Positions 11,265 through 23,772 of a stretch of 64,000 nt of DNA are shown in pieces. The notes under the pieces were generated by a model. It saw only the letters and a list, made by a program, of their open reading frames with translations. It ran no database searches and was not told the DNA's origin. The translations under genes and the position numbers were made by a program. Numbering within the stretch: position 1 is the first letter of the stretch; each line of letters starts with the position of its first letter. Source of the stretch: Takakia lepidozioides (taxonomy: Eukaryota; Plantae; Bryophyta); NCBI GenBank assembly GCA_030704615.1, contig CM060733.1, positions 62,496,001-62,560,000 of the forward strand, given 5' to 3'.

Positions 11265-13407
11265 CGCCCCCTGAGGAAGTCACGATATCTTGTTTGCTGG
11301 GTTAGTTAGAGCTCGTACCAGATCATCTGTTGTAGCAATGTACAGATCTCTTCCTACTTTGCCAGATTGCTGCTTCCAGGCGTCGTGAATGCTTTCTGCC
11401 AGGTTGCAGGACGGCATGTCCGCAATGTCCTCAAGGGACATGTCCTGTGAAAGGAAAATGAAAGAGCGTCATTCATGCAAGCGCGGAAGCCCCGCATTGC
11501 CTGTATCTGAAGTGCCAGAAGACCAACCAGTCTTCCAATTCTTTGACACCGTCCTGATCAGTAGCCCCTGACGAGAACCACCATGCTCTCACTGTCTGGT
11601 ACATGGTCTTAACCTCTTCCATTGTAGTCGCATTCTTGTACATGAAGCAGAGCCTCATGTGCTCCGCCTGCAGATCTCTTCTGATGCACCTCTTCGTATG
11701 TTTCTGCAAGGACTAAGTCCAGTGGAATAGACATGTGCGCTCCCTATTAGGCATGGGTACCTTTGGATCACCAGATCCAAAAACTCGGCGCACAGCGTTG
11801 AAGTTAGCCTGTGCACTATCCGCCATAAACCCGTTGAAATTTATGCATGTATGTCCATTGGACTCCATGACTGAAAGCAAACAATTCCACATTATCATCT
11901 GGGACTCTGTATCTTCAGACTGCATGTCACAGATGGCAATTGTCATTATTCTTTGGTAGTTCGGGTCGTAAACATGGCAAGACATGGTTGTCCAGCCCTT
12001 CACTTGTTCGCAATGATCGAACATCATCCAGGTTTTCTCCAGATCCCCCCCTGGTTGCATACGTCTGGCCAGGCTGACGCCACTGCCCTTGCCCACCGTA
12101 GACATCTTGAACAAGTAAACCTTTGAAGACCCCTGACCCGGGAAGACGCTAGATTGGATAAAGTCATATTGACTTATTCGCTTGAGCTCCATAATGTTGT
12201 TGATGGACCCTGTGTTTCCACCGCGCACTCTCAATGCATTCACCTGATTCCTATATTGGGGGAGCTCAACACGGAGAAGTGATCCATCACTGCATCCAAA
12301 GACGCCCCCTCAAGTCTTGAGCTGGATTTGCTTCCTTGCCCCAGAATGTGCCTCTCTAGGAGCCAGCGCTATGGCAGATGGTTTGGCTGAAGGGGACTTT
12401 GCAAACTCCTCCACGACAAGCCCACGCGCCAATTCCACACTATCTTTGCAATCGCCGTGAGACACAGGATGGTCGTGAGTCCCAAAATGAATGTAGGCTC
12501 GAGTCATGGTTTTGCAACGGTGAGTAACGTAGTACATGCGAGCAGGGCAATGTGCAATGCAGGAGGGGGCCACCTTGCAGAACTTACAAACAAATGTACT
12601 GGCAGACGGTGGGGCACAGCCTGGGATAAAAGGATTGTCGGAGAGTCCTTCCTACTCACTCTCATTTTTAGCACCGCTCTTCATGAAACGCAGACAACTT
12701 GCATTCACACATCTCAGATGCCCCACACAAACGCTCCTTCTGAATGTCAAGTTTACATCGTTGTGGATATTGGACGTTTTGGTTCTGCACCATCGATGGC
12801 CGTCATGCTTTTTATCCATTCCTTGCAAGAGACCTGCGAGGCCCCCAACACAAGTTGGTGGATTCAGTTCAAAGAGGATGTCACCGTCGAAGGAAGGTGG
12901 AAGGAAAGGAACCTTTTTGTTGCGAATGAATCCCACAGTATCCCTGCGATCTCGTTTTTGGATCTTGGTTTTCCTGACAATGCTTTCAGATGTGGGATGA
13001 CGCTAACGATTTCTGAACATCGACCTCCCCTTCAGGAAGACTGTTCATGGGAGCCAGTATTTCCGCCAATTCTCCAACAGTGTCACAAAAGTTGTTGAAG
13101 TGGTGTCCTTCTGCTTCACAGTCACATGCCGCTTTCCTTGAACGACAGAGGCAGCTGTCCCAGGAGTCACAATGGAGCCACCGGATTGTCTCCTTTCACT
13201 TCGGAACACACGATATTTTCCAGGAAATTCCTTGTGTTTCTGTGCAACGTGCGGTTTTTGGAACAACGTTCTTTGAACGTTTCCCTCCAAGTCATAGATC
13301 TCTTTCTCGATAGAAACACAACCAATGTCAAGCTTGAACCTTGTTGCCAGAACATGCTCCTCCACCTCGCAGAGCGACCCAGGGACTGCCATTGTGGCGA
13401 AGTCCAT
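11265..13407 (-). pseudogene. MULE-type DDE transposase, family A (GCM-like N-terminus plus catalytic core), frameshifted
   Basis: DGHRWCRT..RRSVCVGHLRCVNASC..C..C..CPARMYY..IHFGTHDHP; WMMFDH, FMADSAQAN, RTCLFHW (CxxH); after a short intron MPSCNLAESIH (catalytic E). Confidence 0.8.
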
Positions 13408-13409
13408 AT

Positions 13410-13700
13410 CTGCGACGCCTAGGGCGACGCAGGGTTAGTATTGGGGGAAAAAACGTCACTGTTATACAGCAACGCCGCTAGCGTCGCAATGGGAACGACG
13501 CCTCGAGCGCCGTAATGCGATCCCTTCGACTGCCATTTTGGCTAAGTCCATATCTGAGGCGTCGCAGCGTCAGTTTTGGGGGCAAAAGCGTCGATGTTAT
13601 ACAACGACGCTGCTTCCGTCGCTTTGAAAACGACGCCTCGGACGTCGCAGTGGGACCCAGGGACTGCCAGTTTGGCCATGTCCTTGCATGCGACGCCCTG
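13410..13700. repeat. Cluster of CGACGC/GCGTCG motifs upstream of the family-A transposase
   Basis: About ten CGACGC/GCGTCG-like copies in both orientations within ~290 bp. Confidence 0.65.
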
Positions 13701-14184
13701 GAAATAATTGATTTTTTCAATGTATGAAGCAAGGTTGTTTGTTTGTTTGTTTTCAAGGGTTTTTTTCAACTCTTCACACATGGTTGCTGGAAATTCGTGA
13801 AAAATAGCAATGTGGGCTTTCCTTGATACTTAATAAATTCATTAAAAAAAATACTTGGTTGTTTCTGGAATATAAGATGATTGTATAGTATGTGCTAAAC
13901 GACACAGTCCACACTATGACTGTTCACGTATTATATAGTCTAAGAGCCTAGGTACAAAATCAAGTGTTCACACCAGTATTGGACTGGTATCACGAAAACA
14001 TGATACCAAACTGGTCCTGGTATCACAAGGCCCCACATTTCCCAGTACTGTTATGGTCATGGTATTGGGGTAAGGGGGCCAGGGGGGGTATATGAGGGAT
14101 ATATAACATAAAATTGTGGATGTATATTAGTAGGGTATCAATATTTATTTTTTCCCATCTCATGTGGGGGGAATATGAATATGT

Positions 14185-15318
14185 ATGTATATGAAATATT
14201 TTGAACAGGTGCACAATGGGTTCGCCTCTCCAATCAAGGGAGCCCCATCTGAAGGAGAGGAAAGGTTTGGGACTTGCAAACGCAAGCTAAATACACCTCT
14301 AGGATCAGATGGGGATTCACATCGCCATGATAGAGACAACTTCTCTGTACCCAAGATTTCTCCACTACAAAGCATGGCGTTCAGTAGAAAAGAGGCTACT
14401 GGTGCATCCTCTTCCACAGAGACTTGTCCTCTACCTGTAACCCCTGTAATTGCGGGTTTCCAGCATGACCACAGTGGGGCAGTGCATGAGTCACCTTGTG
14501 CTGACGAATGGCACATCGAGCGAACTACTCCAGGGTCTAGAGTTGGCTGCGCTGCAGTGAGGGCCATTAGTTATGAAAAGTGTAAGTCCAGGATAGCCAA
14601 AGGCTCAGCGGGTACTCCAGCTCCGACGTTCACAGGTTTGATTTGGTCATATATGTCAAAGGAGTCGAAGACGCACAAATTCTGGTTCTGCCCAGACGAT
14701 ATGGCTCGCTGTGTGAATGGTACCGTCCGCGGCTCCTGCATTGCTAAGCCTCCCCCACCCACCATTTGGCCAGTGCAGCTGGGAACCTCCCTAACAGCAC
14801 TGGAGATTGGCAAGTTGGAGGACGCCGGCTTTCGTCTGCACCGATCTGTGGCGTCGACTCTTGGTGGCCTTGCTGCTATGGTGTCTCCTCCAGACGATGC
14901 TTCGCATCCCACGAAAAGGAATGGCAAAACAGTGCATCGGGTGGCTTCGGGGCCTGATCACGATGCGAAGGTGGAATCGGCCAGACTACTTCAGGCTCGG
15001 GTAACAGGAACTATGGAAGTACCTTCACCTGGGTATGGACGGGTTTATACTTTGGTCACATCTGGGTCTGTTTTGCGCGACAGGGCCTATCAGGTGACGG
15101 TGGGAAATTTTTCGGGGTGTACCTGTCCCGACTTCGTGTGCATGCGTGAGGAAGCTCTAGGAAAGAGAGGGAAATGGGTTCCCTGCAAGCATCTTTACTA
15201 CATCTTTTTGCGCAGGATGTATTGTGATCCCAAAAGAGACCAAATCATTCACCAGGCGACACTAGGTCCTGGTGAGGTACGGACACTTTTGCAGCGAGAC
15301 ATTGGCAATATCGAGTAG
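14185..15318 (+). CDS. C-terminal part of the family-A MULE transposase (linker plus SWIM zinc finger), separated by an inversion
   Basis: Open 377-aa frame with SWIM CTCPDF..KWVPCKHLYY. Its N-terminus EGEERFGTCKRKLNTPLGSDGDSHRHDR is homologous to EGDVHTRPVRRRLDEAPGGEEDSWRADK, which follows the catalytic E in family B. Confidence 0.75.
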   Translation: MYMKYFEQVHNGFASPIKGAPSEGEERFGTCKRKLNTPLGSDGDSHRHDRDNFSVPKISPLQSMAFSRKEATGASSSTETCPLPVTPVIAGFQHDHSGAVHESPCADEWHIERTTPGSRVGCAAVRAISYEKCKSRIAKGSAGTPAPTFTGLIWSYMSKESKTHKFWFCPDDMARCVNGTVRGSCIAKPPPPTIWPVQLGTSLTALEIGKLEDAGFRLHRSVASTLGGLAAMVSPPDDASHPTKRNGKTVHRVASGPDHDAKVESARLLQARVTGTMEVPSPGYGRVYTLVTSGSVLRDRAYQVTVGNFSGCTCPDFVCMREEALGKRGKWVPCKHLYYIFLRRMYCDPKRDQIIHQATLGPGEVRTLLQRDIGNIE

Positions 15319-15589
15319 TATTGCAATAGCGGAAAGGGCTGCCTTGTTGGTAGAACATGTATACACAGTTCTTAAATCTGGACAAGCAGACGATGTCTCG
15401 TTATGAAAGGTAGTTTATTTTTTCATCGGGTTTGGTTAACGAGCCTTTAAAATTGAGTGCGTCAACGCACACCACTTCTGCCCCAACCCCCAATATTGCC
15501 CCAAGCTAAAAAAAAAAAAATTGTTCGCGGGCCTGCTAAACATGGACAAGTGTCAGTATGAAAGCTCATTTTATTTTTTCACAGCCTCT

Positions 15590-16830
15590 ACAGAAGCATT
15601 GCGTAAATGAGCTTCATGATGACCATCTGTTTTTTTTTCCACTTCTTCTTGAATAACAGGCACCTAAACAAAGTTTCACAATGACAGCTTATTTGTTTTC
15701 CACGTCCTCTATACAAACAAACCCTAAATAAGCATTCATGATGACCATATGATTTTTTTTTCACCTCTTCTTCAATAACAGAAACCTGAAGAAGTTTGAC
15801 AATGATAGAGCTCAATTTTTTTCACCTCTTCTTCAATAACAGAAACCTGAAGAAGTTTGACAATGGTAGAGCTCAAGTTTTTTTTTCACCTCTTCTTCAC
15901 AAACAACCCCAATTTATTCCCTAAATAAGCATTCATGATGACCATCTGGTTTTTTTTTCACCTCTTCTTCAATAACAGAAACCTGAAGAAGTTTGACAAT
16001 GATAGAGCTCAACTTTTTTTTCACCTCTTCTTCACAAACAAACCCTAAATAAGCATTCATGATGACCATCTAATATTTATTTCACCTCTTCTTCAATAAC
16101 AGAAACCTTAACAAGTTTGAGAATGAGAGCTCAATTTTTTCACCTCTTCTTCACAAACAAACCCTAAATAAACATTCATAATGACCATCTGATTCTTTTT
16201 TCACCTCTTCTTCAATAAACAGAAGCCTGAACAAGTTTGACAATGATAGAGCTTAACTTTTTTTTCACCTCTTCTTCAATAACAGAATCCTAAGCAAGTT
16301 TCACAAGGATAGCTCAATGTTTTTTCTTACCTCTTCTTCACAAAGACACCCTAAATAAGCAATCACAATGACCATGTGTTTTTTTTTCACCTCATCTTCA
16401 ATAACACAAACCTGAACAAGTTCCACAATAAACCGCTCATTTTGTTACACATCTTCTTCACAAACAAAGCCTAAATAAGCTTGAAGATGGTCATCTGTTA
16501 AATTTTCACCTCATCTACATTAATAAAAACCATTGCCTGTTTCACAATGAGTGGTCATATTTTGGGGCCTGTTCTTGCCCATCCTCATTATTTTAAACCT
16601 CTCCTTCAATATTTCATCCATCCATCATTCATCCACCATGGATGAAATACTGGAAACATCAGATAGCTTGACAATGAACATCCAAACTTTTCTTGCCTCT
16701 TGTTCATGCAAGAATCCCTAAGTGAGATTCATGATGACTCAGCCAGCCTTTTTTTTCACCTCTTCTTCAATAAGAAAACCTCAGTAAGTTTCACAATGAC
16801 CATTCCATTCTTTCTTTACCTCTTTTTTTA
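15590..16830. repeat. Tandem array (~55/110-bp units), probably the 3' subterminal region of family A
   Basis: TTCACCTCTTCTTCAATAACAGAAACCTGAAGAAGTTTGACAATG and AAACCCTAAATAAGCATTCATGATGACCATC repeated many times. Confidence 0.8.
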
Positions 16831-16989
16831 AGCGTTATAACTGCTTCCACGACAATAGGACCCTATCTAAACAGAGGACTCGGGTATGGGGCCTGCTTCT
16901 TCCTCCACTAAACCCCTGGGCTCACGCTTAGAGGGCAAAGCGTGAGCCGAGATCTTGGGCTCACGCGGCTAGGCTCACGCCATAGCTGC

Positions 16990-17275
16990 ACTCTCGCTCC
17001 ACTTCATTCAGTTTCTTACTTTCGTAAGCCACTGGACGTCCATCCTGCATGAGCACACCCCCAATTGCGAAGTCCGACGCATTTGTATGGATCTCAAATG
17101 GACGGTCGAACTCCGGGATTTTCAGGACTGGAGCTTCCGCCATCTGCTACTTCAACTCGGCAAAAGCTTGGCCACAAAAGGTGTTCCATACCCATACCTT
17201 GGACTTACATAGAAGGTCCGACAGCGGCCCCGCGATCTTAGCGAAATTTCTCACATACTTTCGGTAATAGGAGCA
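16990..17275 (-). pseudogene. Ty3/Gypsy RT-RNase H fragment
   Basis: YYRKYVRNFAKIAGPLSDLL..APVLKIPEFDRPFEIHTNASDFAIGGVLMQDGRPVAYESKKL. Confidence 0.85.
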
Positions 17276-19136
17276 GGCAGGAAATGCTGATGTGGAGTGC
17301 CTCCAGATCCAAGAATCCTCGGAAGTGGGCAGCAGCCTTACAAGAGGGCCTTCGAGACATGCCATTGCTTCGAAGAGGCGAGCACCTGGAAGGAGATGTT
17401 CGCACCCGTCCAATGAGACGACGAATTGACGACCCACCTGGTGGAGAAGAGGATCCTGGCGAGCTGACAAGAATATTTGCACGCTCCCTCGAGGTCCCGT
17501 AATGTTGCCTGAGGACGTCTCGTCCAGCACCGCAAGCCCTACACGTTCAAAATCGACATCTCCTTTGAGCATATGATACGTGCCCGAGGAACATTCCGAG
17601 CCATCTGTTGTCACGTAGTACAACATACCCATTGTCGAGACAAAAGTGTTAGAGTCACAGTAGAGAATTGCAAGGACAATGCCTGCATTTCAACGGAAGT
17701 GTTGCGCCATCCAAGTGGATACGAGAGCACGTTGCGGTGAGATAACCCACACAGTGTTGTACCTGCACTTTGTTTCAGCGACAGATTTATGACTGCCAGA
17801 TTTTCTGCAGCCACAACGCAGACATTTTGGTTCTGTAGGCACAACATAATGACTTGTGTATTTAGCAAGCCCAAGTACAAGATTCAGGGAATGTCGGAGC
17901 CTCCCGTCGCCTGGCCTGTTGCACCAGGTTGCAACCTCTCTCAGAATGAGGCGGATGCTCTTTTTGCAGCGGGATTGTGAATGGTGCAACGCACAGACGT
18001 CCCGACCCACCCATTTCCAATTCCTTAGACCCAGCCATTGCAGATTGCGAGGTCCAGTAGAGACGGATTGGACAATTCTGCATATCCCACCATGCGATTC
18101 GGAAAAGTGAAGAGACGACACCCTCCCAACAAGTTGAATGAGACTTGGATTGCCAATGCTCTTGGGATGACATGTAATATTCAGAGCTCCCGGGACGTAC
18201 CCGCACCCGGCCTTGGGCGTGTTTATTGGATGGCAACGGCCGGCTCAGCTGTACGCGACGACGTATACACAATTACAATTGGAGTGGAGCCGGCCTGCAA
18301 TTGTACGGACTTTGTTGATGGCAGCAAAGAAGGGGTCGAAGTATTATCCGTGCAAGCATCTGTATTACATTTACCTGAAGAGGCTTAGGTATAACTCGAG
18401 TATCAAGATGACTTTGTTCATGCACCAACGTTGAGCGTCAACGAGCTGCACAAAGTCCTCGGCAAGGATTCGGGAAATCATTGATGAGGCAAAGGGAATC
18501 CACCATTTGGATATTTTCAATTGCATTTTTATGCAGTAGACTTTGTTTTGCAGTCTAATGAAATCCACGACAATACTCCTGGAATGAGACCTGCAAAATA
18601 AAAGTAATGTCTCATTCAAACACATTATGGTCTTCTGGATATCCATTGTGCAATTTGTTATGCACCCCTTATGGACTATAACTTACAAAGTCCGGCGATT
18701 GAGGTCCACTGGAAATTGTGGGGACCATTTCTGGCAACATGGCGCCGAATTTCCAGATTTTGGGCCAAAAACTGGCTAAGTCCTAGCATGTCTGGGTACT
18801 ACGTCTGGAAATTGGGCGCCGAAATTTCCAGTTATGTGGCCAAAAAGTGCCCAAGTTCGGTGCAATTGTAGGCACCATCTCCCGAAATTCGGCGCCGCAT
18901 TTCTTTTTTTGGGGCCAAACTACTTGAATGGCAGGGACCTATTGCCGCAAAATTCAGCACCATTTTTCCAGGGAGGCACCTATTACCGTGAAATGCGTTG
19001 TCATTTTCCAGGGTTCCAGAACCTATTACCGCGCAATTCGGCGCCATTTTTCCAGATCTCGACTGCATTTGCCATGAGCGCAGAGAAAATTTCATGAGCA
19101 CTACTCTCAAAACTTCATTTTCAGTTTCACATAATG

Positions 19137-19180
<44 letters not shown>

Positions 19181-19323
19181 CTGACACATTCCACTTTAAA
19201 AATAATAATATTTTTTAATCCTGCCGCATTTCCAAATTTTGGACTTCTGCTCATGAAAACCGATTGTCTTACTACTCCGCTCATGCCGCTCATGCCACTC
19301 ATGCTCATGAAATAGCTAACCTC
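17276..19323 (+). mobile_element. Right arm of a family-B MULE: transposase 3' end, SWIM, subterminal palindromes, right TIR
   Basis: KNPRKWAAAL..; CNCTDF..YYPCKHLYY; GGCGCC palindromes at 18740-19055; ends CCGCTCATGCC..GCTCATGAAATAGCTAACCTC at 19323. Confidence 0.85.
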
Positions 19324-20303
19324 CTAGGAACTACAACCGCCGGGTTGTTTACTCTGAGAACTTCTCTCTTGGACAGACTGTGTGTGTTCGGTTGCAGCCA
19401 GGCAAGCAGGTGACCAAGTCCAAATTGCGAATTGACGGACCCTATCTGATTCATGCCGTTCTACCAGGGAGGTAGTACCGGCTCCTGCCCCAACATCCTT
19501 CTACAGCAGAGATTGCTGGCACAGTGCATGTTTCTCAGCTCGTTCCTTCTAAGCTGCAGTTTGATTTGACCGAAGTTTAGTGGTGACACTGGTTGCTTTG
19601 ACCTTGGTTCACCATCACTTCTAGCTCAGATTTTCACTATTCAGAGGATGGGGTTTTCCCCAAAAAGGTTTTGTCATTCGCGCAAATTGCAAAGCAACGT
19701 TTTCATTTCTGAGGTTTTTTCAGCCCATCTCTGTGAAAATCTTGATGCTTTGGTTTTTGATTGTCATGCTCGTTGGAGCTCACAACTCTGCGTGCCAGGA
19801 GGCTTTACATTTGTGATGACTAGATTCCACCTACCTTGATATTCTCTTCCAGTGATGAATGAGGTTGGATGACCGTTAGGATGAATGACCGTTACATGAA
19901 GCTAGGATGATATGAGCTGGCGGATCAATTAGGCTGTCTTATGTTAACAGCTGGCTTATCCCTAAAGACTATGTGGCATCCTATTTTGATGGTCACTTGG
20001 CTACAATCTAGAGAGCCAATCAGGGCAAGACAACCTATTGTGATAAGATCATGGGCCTTAGATTATAAAAAGGATCAGCTGGAAACCTAAGGCAGCTGGT
20101 GTACTTCCAATGTGTTTAATTCCTGTGTAGGAGAGAGGGATGTGCATGTGTGTATGGATGAACTGAGAATCTATGCGTAAGATTTGTGTCCTCCCCAGAG
20201 ATCCTTCCTTCCTCGCTTACATGCTCTATCGAGGTCATTCCTCACCTAGCATAAACCCGCAGAGGAGTGGAATAACCCGGGTGTGCGAGAATCTGGCTTT
20301 ACA
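19324..20303 (+). mobile_element. 3' end of a Gypsy element: integrase C-terminus plus 3' LTR (19812-20303)
   Basis: RNYNRRVVYSENF..RIDGPYLI is homologous to the integrase at 25535-25800; LTR TGTGATG...GGCTTTACA resembles the LTR at 24690-25241. Confidence 0.8.
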
Positions 20304-22242
20304 GTTTTGACCTTCATAAATGTAAATATGAGGCCATCTAATGTACTTCCAACAATTTTTTAAGCTATCAGAGCATCTCCAGCTGGCCACACCTAAATAG
20401 CATGGCAACAGTGAAGTACCGGTAGTGGGGGAAAAGGCATGGGCCTACACTTCAAATTTTCTGCAGGCCGTTCGCCAAATACCTGTGTGGAACCCGTGCA
20501 TGCCCTGATAACACATTTTGGAGCTTGGGCTCCACCAAGTTCTAGCGACCGGGTGCTAGAACCGTTGGTGTCAGGGATAGTGGCGTCAAACAGGTTTAAC
20601 GAGACCAGGCGGGCCAAAACTGTGGTGATATGATGGAGGGAAACACCAACTGGCGGCAACCTCAAAAGGAGGGCACATTTAGAGGCGACTGCTGGAGATA
20701 CGCTTGTACAATGTTGTCTTCAGCCTTATTGCAGCATGTATACCTAGATCCGCTCTTGAGGGTGTCAAGTCAGATTTTTCACCACCTTTGTCTGTACTTC
20801 ACATCAAGCTTCCTTTCCATCTAGGTAGAGGCCGCTACTGGACAGAGTTGAAGGAACATTTTGAAGGATTGAGCCCGGATCATCCTAGTGAACCCTTTAA
20901 TGCCCAAGCCTTTTCCACGAATGGCAGCAACACACCGGTCCTGGTTTCCTGAGAAAATCAGGTGCTACAAACCACCTGCCTTGTTACATCCAAAAAAAAT
21001 GAACCTTACCAGATTCACCTTGGCTACCATGGCAACATGGCTCCGCCCTCTTTTATTTGAAAAAGGAAAGAAAAGAAAAGAAGTAGAAATTATATTAGTG
21101 TTGAATCTAAGATAGTCAATCAGAGTGGACAAGACCATGCAACCATTTCTTGTATGAGTGTGGCTAGCTGCTTGAACTCCCCACTGACTTCACAGAAAGC
21201 AGGATAGAGATCACCCACCACAGCAACAGTAAGAGTTTGAAAAAGCAGAAATCTGGAATACACAGAAAATCCCTTACTATATATCCTGTGAAACTGCCGG
21301 AGCTTTGATCTTTGATTGAGGTGCTGGCCTAGCGGGAAAGAGAAAAGCGCTGGAGGACACCGCTGGAAAACAACTCCAACTTGACACTAGTTTGTCAACT
21401 CCTCCAAAAACAAGGGATAATCAGCAGATAGTAGGGTGACGGAAGACAGGCTTCAGTGTTGTCATCAGTAATTGGAAAAGATAGATGTGAACTGGTGGCA
21501 AACCTAGAGTTGAGATTCCCGTTTATGGTCCCTTAATTAGCACTTGCTTATCCTATGCTTCGCTATCATGTCAACCACAAAATCTTCACTTGCTGGAAGA
21601 GAAAGAGCTCGAACCCCACCGACACAACTGAAGATTTCTAGGGGGGCCGAGATTGAGAACCACTCAAGCCTCCCTGCTGGGTACGTAGTTGGGCACTCAA
21701 AAGTCTTGCAGCAAATTATTGCGCTTCAGTTGTAAGTAACCCATTACATATGCTTTCCCTACATACAAAAGGCAATAAAACCAAACTAACATAAACAAAA
21801 ATCAAGGAAAAAAGCAGACAAAATGAGGCATCTACTATACATTGTTAGCAGAGCATATGCAGCTACAGCATGACTATGTCAAAATGGGGCCTTGTTACAC
21901 AAGACTCAACCTTAAGGGTTAAGACAATTGCTTGGACATGTAAATCATCCACTGCTCTAAGGATTACAGATAGGATTCTGTCATGCTGCTCTGTACAGGA
22001 TCCTTCTTTGATCAGTTGACAACCACAAGGATACCTCGGACAAGGAGGTACGCATACAAGGATGCACTACTGTACCCTTGACATGATGCCATCTCAGAAA
22101 CATGAGTCGAACAGACAAACAGGTTGCTGTACAAACCAAGAAGGCAGGCACACTTGGAAGCCACATTTATGAATAGTTTGGGTGAAAATGTACCCTCTGA
22201 ATAAACAGTACTCGTCGGGTTAAATAGAACAATTGTATGTCT

Positions 22243-23772
22243 CTAATGAAAACGATTTGCCACTTGATCAAACCGGGGAACTTGGACCACATCACCCCAT
22301 GAAGCCATTGTAAGAGGGGTGGCAATGATCTTAGCAGCCACTGCTGTAATGTCTTGCAAAGTCAAGGATTCAACACCCTGAATGAACTCATTTAATGGCT
22401 TGCGGTGACCATAAGTCAGAATCTGCCGCCCAATATCCTCAGTGACCACCATCCGTGACTCCAGGTTCATCAGAACTGCGGAGATTGTCGTGTTCTTTGC
22501 GCGCTGCAATTCGGCATCTGTCACTTCTCCCGGGGTGGCAACAGCAATGAATTCCTTGGTTGCCAGATCGACTAGATAGGGAACAAATTCGGAGCCCGAG
22601 GTGGCATGAATGCCAAAAATGCCAGTATTATTGTAAATGCTGTTGAAAGCTGTGAATGATTGAACCTGCTCGTACTTGTTTAGAACTCGTGAATACAGGC
22701 GAGAGTACATCCCTTTACCAGGACCCCCTGCAGAAAAGGAGCCTCCTCCTCCCAACAGCGTCTGCAAAACTGTCACTGCAAATGAGTCCTTTTCATTACG
22801 CCAACCCCCAGGGACCTCGAATGCAAGGGCAATGTGTGTCTTTGCGGAATCTGCAGACTGACGCCAGTCACCTCCAACATACTCTGTGGTCACTTTACCT
22901 CCTTGAGAAAGGGCGGGTAAATCCGAGAGCAAAGGCTTGGCGACAGATAAGAGCTCATCATGATCAACCCCTGAAGCTGCCAACACCATGCGCGGGGCTG
23001 TGTAATTCTGCGCCACAAAATCATGGAGGACTTGTCCATTCAATCTACCTAACGAAGACTCAGGAGCCAAAAGGGGTTGGCCAAGAGCACCTGTGTACCC
23101 TGCTGAATGCAGTGCTTCCAACAACACACTTTGGGGATTGTTCGCTATTTCTGCAATCTCTGCTTTCACACGCACTAGTTGATCATGCACTTCCCATTCA
23201 TTGAACAGAGGGTTTCGCACACTGTCGACCAGAAGCTCAACCATCTCAGGCATGTAGGTTTTGATCGAATCCCCAGTGTAGGCCATCTGCTCACGGGATG
23301 CATTGGCCATGATGTTTCCTCCAATAGCCTCCACCTCCCGAACCAGCCGAAAATGGGACCGGTTGCTGGTGCTCTTGAATGCCATGCGCTCAAGCAAATG
23401 CGAGGCTCCATAATTAGCTGGGTTTTCATAGACTGACCCAGAATCAATGTAAATGCCAATGGTTGCCGTCGAGCCGGCTGTGTCCTCCGATGCAATCTTG
23501 AGACCATTCGCTAGGGTTGTGATCTTTGTCTTGGCAGGCTTGATGTCATCAGGCAATGAAGCGGGCAAAGACACGCCTTGCAGCGGCTCAAATAGAGCGG
23601 GGACATTTGTCGTAGGCTTGTCTCCTAGCAACCATCCCAAGAACCCCGCACTCGACGAAGGTGCCTGCACGGAAGGCACGGCCTGTCTGGCCGAGCTGGT
23701 GCGGATCGAGCGCCCACATCCATGGGCTACCAGCCGTGCAAGGCTATCGCGCCTGAGAGCAGTCCTCAGCAT
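22243..23772 (-). CDS. MPPA: Mitochondrial processing peptidase alpha subunit (M16 family), 509 aa, intronless CDS
   Basis: Arg/Ser-rich presequence MLRTALRR..; TTLANGLKIASE; GASHLLERMAFKST; Gly-rich loop GGGGSFSAGGPGKGMYSRLY; uninterrupted ORF. Confidence 0.95.
   Translation of the reverse strand: MLRTALRRDSLARLVAHGCGRSIRTSSARQAVPSVQAPSSSAGFLGWLLGDKPTTNVPALFEPLQGVSLPASLPDDIKPAKTKITTLANGLKIASEDTAGSTATIGIYIDSGSVYENPANYGASHLLERMAFKSTSNRSHFRLVREVEAIGGNIMANASREQMAYTGDSIKTYMPEMVELLVDSVRNPLFNEWEVHDQLVRVKAEIAEIANNPQSVLLEALHSAGYTGALGQPLLAPESSLGRLNGQVLHDFVAQNYTAPRMVLAASGVDHDELLSVAKPLLSDLPALSQGGKVTTEYVGGDWRQSADSAKTHIALAFEVPGGWRNEKDSFAVTVLQTLLGGGGSFSAGGPGKGMYSRLYSRVLNKYEQVQSFTAFNSIYNNTGIFGIHATSGSEFVPYLVDLATKEFIAVATPGEVTDAELQRAKNTTISAVLMNLESRMVVTEDIGRQILTYGHRKPLNEFIQGVESLTLQDITAVAAKIIATPLTMASWGDVVQVPRFDQVANRFH

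Noticed and set aside
14185-15318. SWIM ORFs (also 51737-52240) as separate third genes of the elements
   Set aside because: The copy at 17276-18483 shows the linker and SWIM colinear with the transposase 3' end; the opposite orientation is explained by inversions.
15700-16360. Telomere or telo-box repeats (AAACCCTAA)
   Set aside because: Single motifs embedded in larger tandem units, not a telomeric array.
20640-20780. Possible LINE RT motif-B remnant (GTFRGD..YLDPLLR)
   Set aside because: Too short and degenerate to support without a search.
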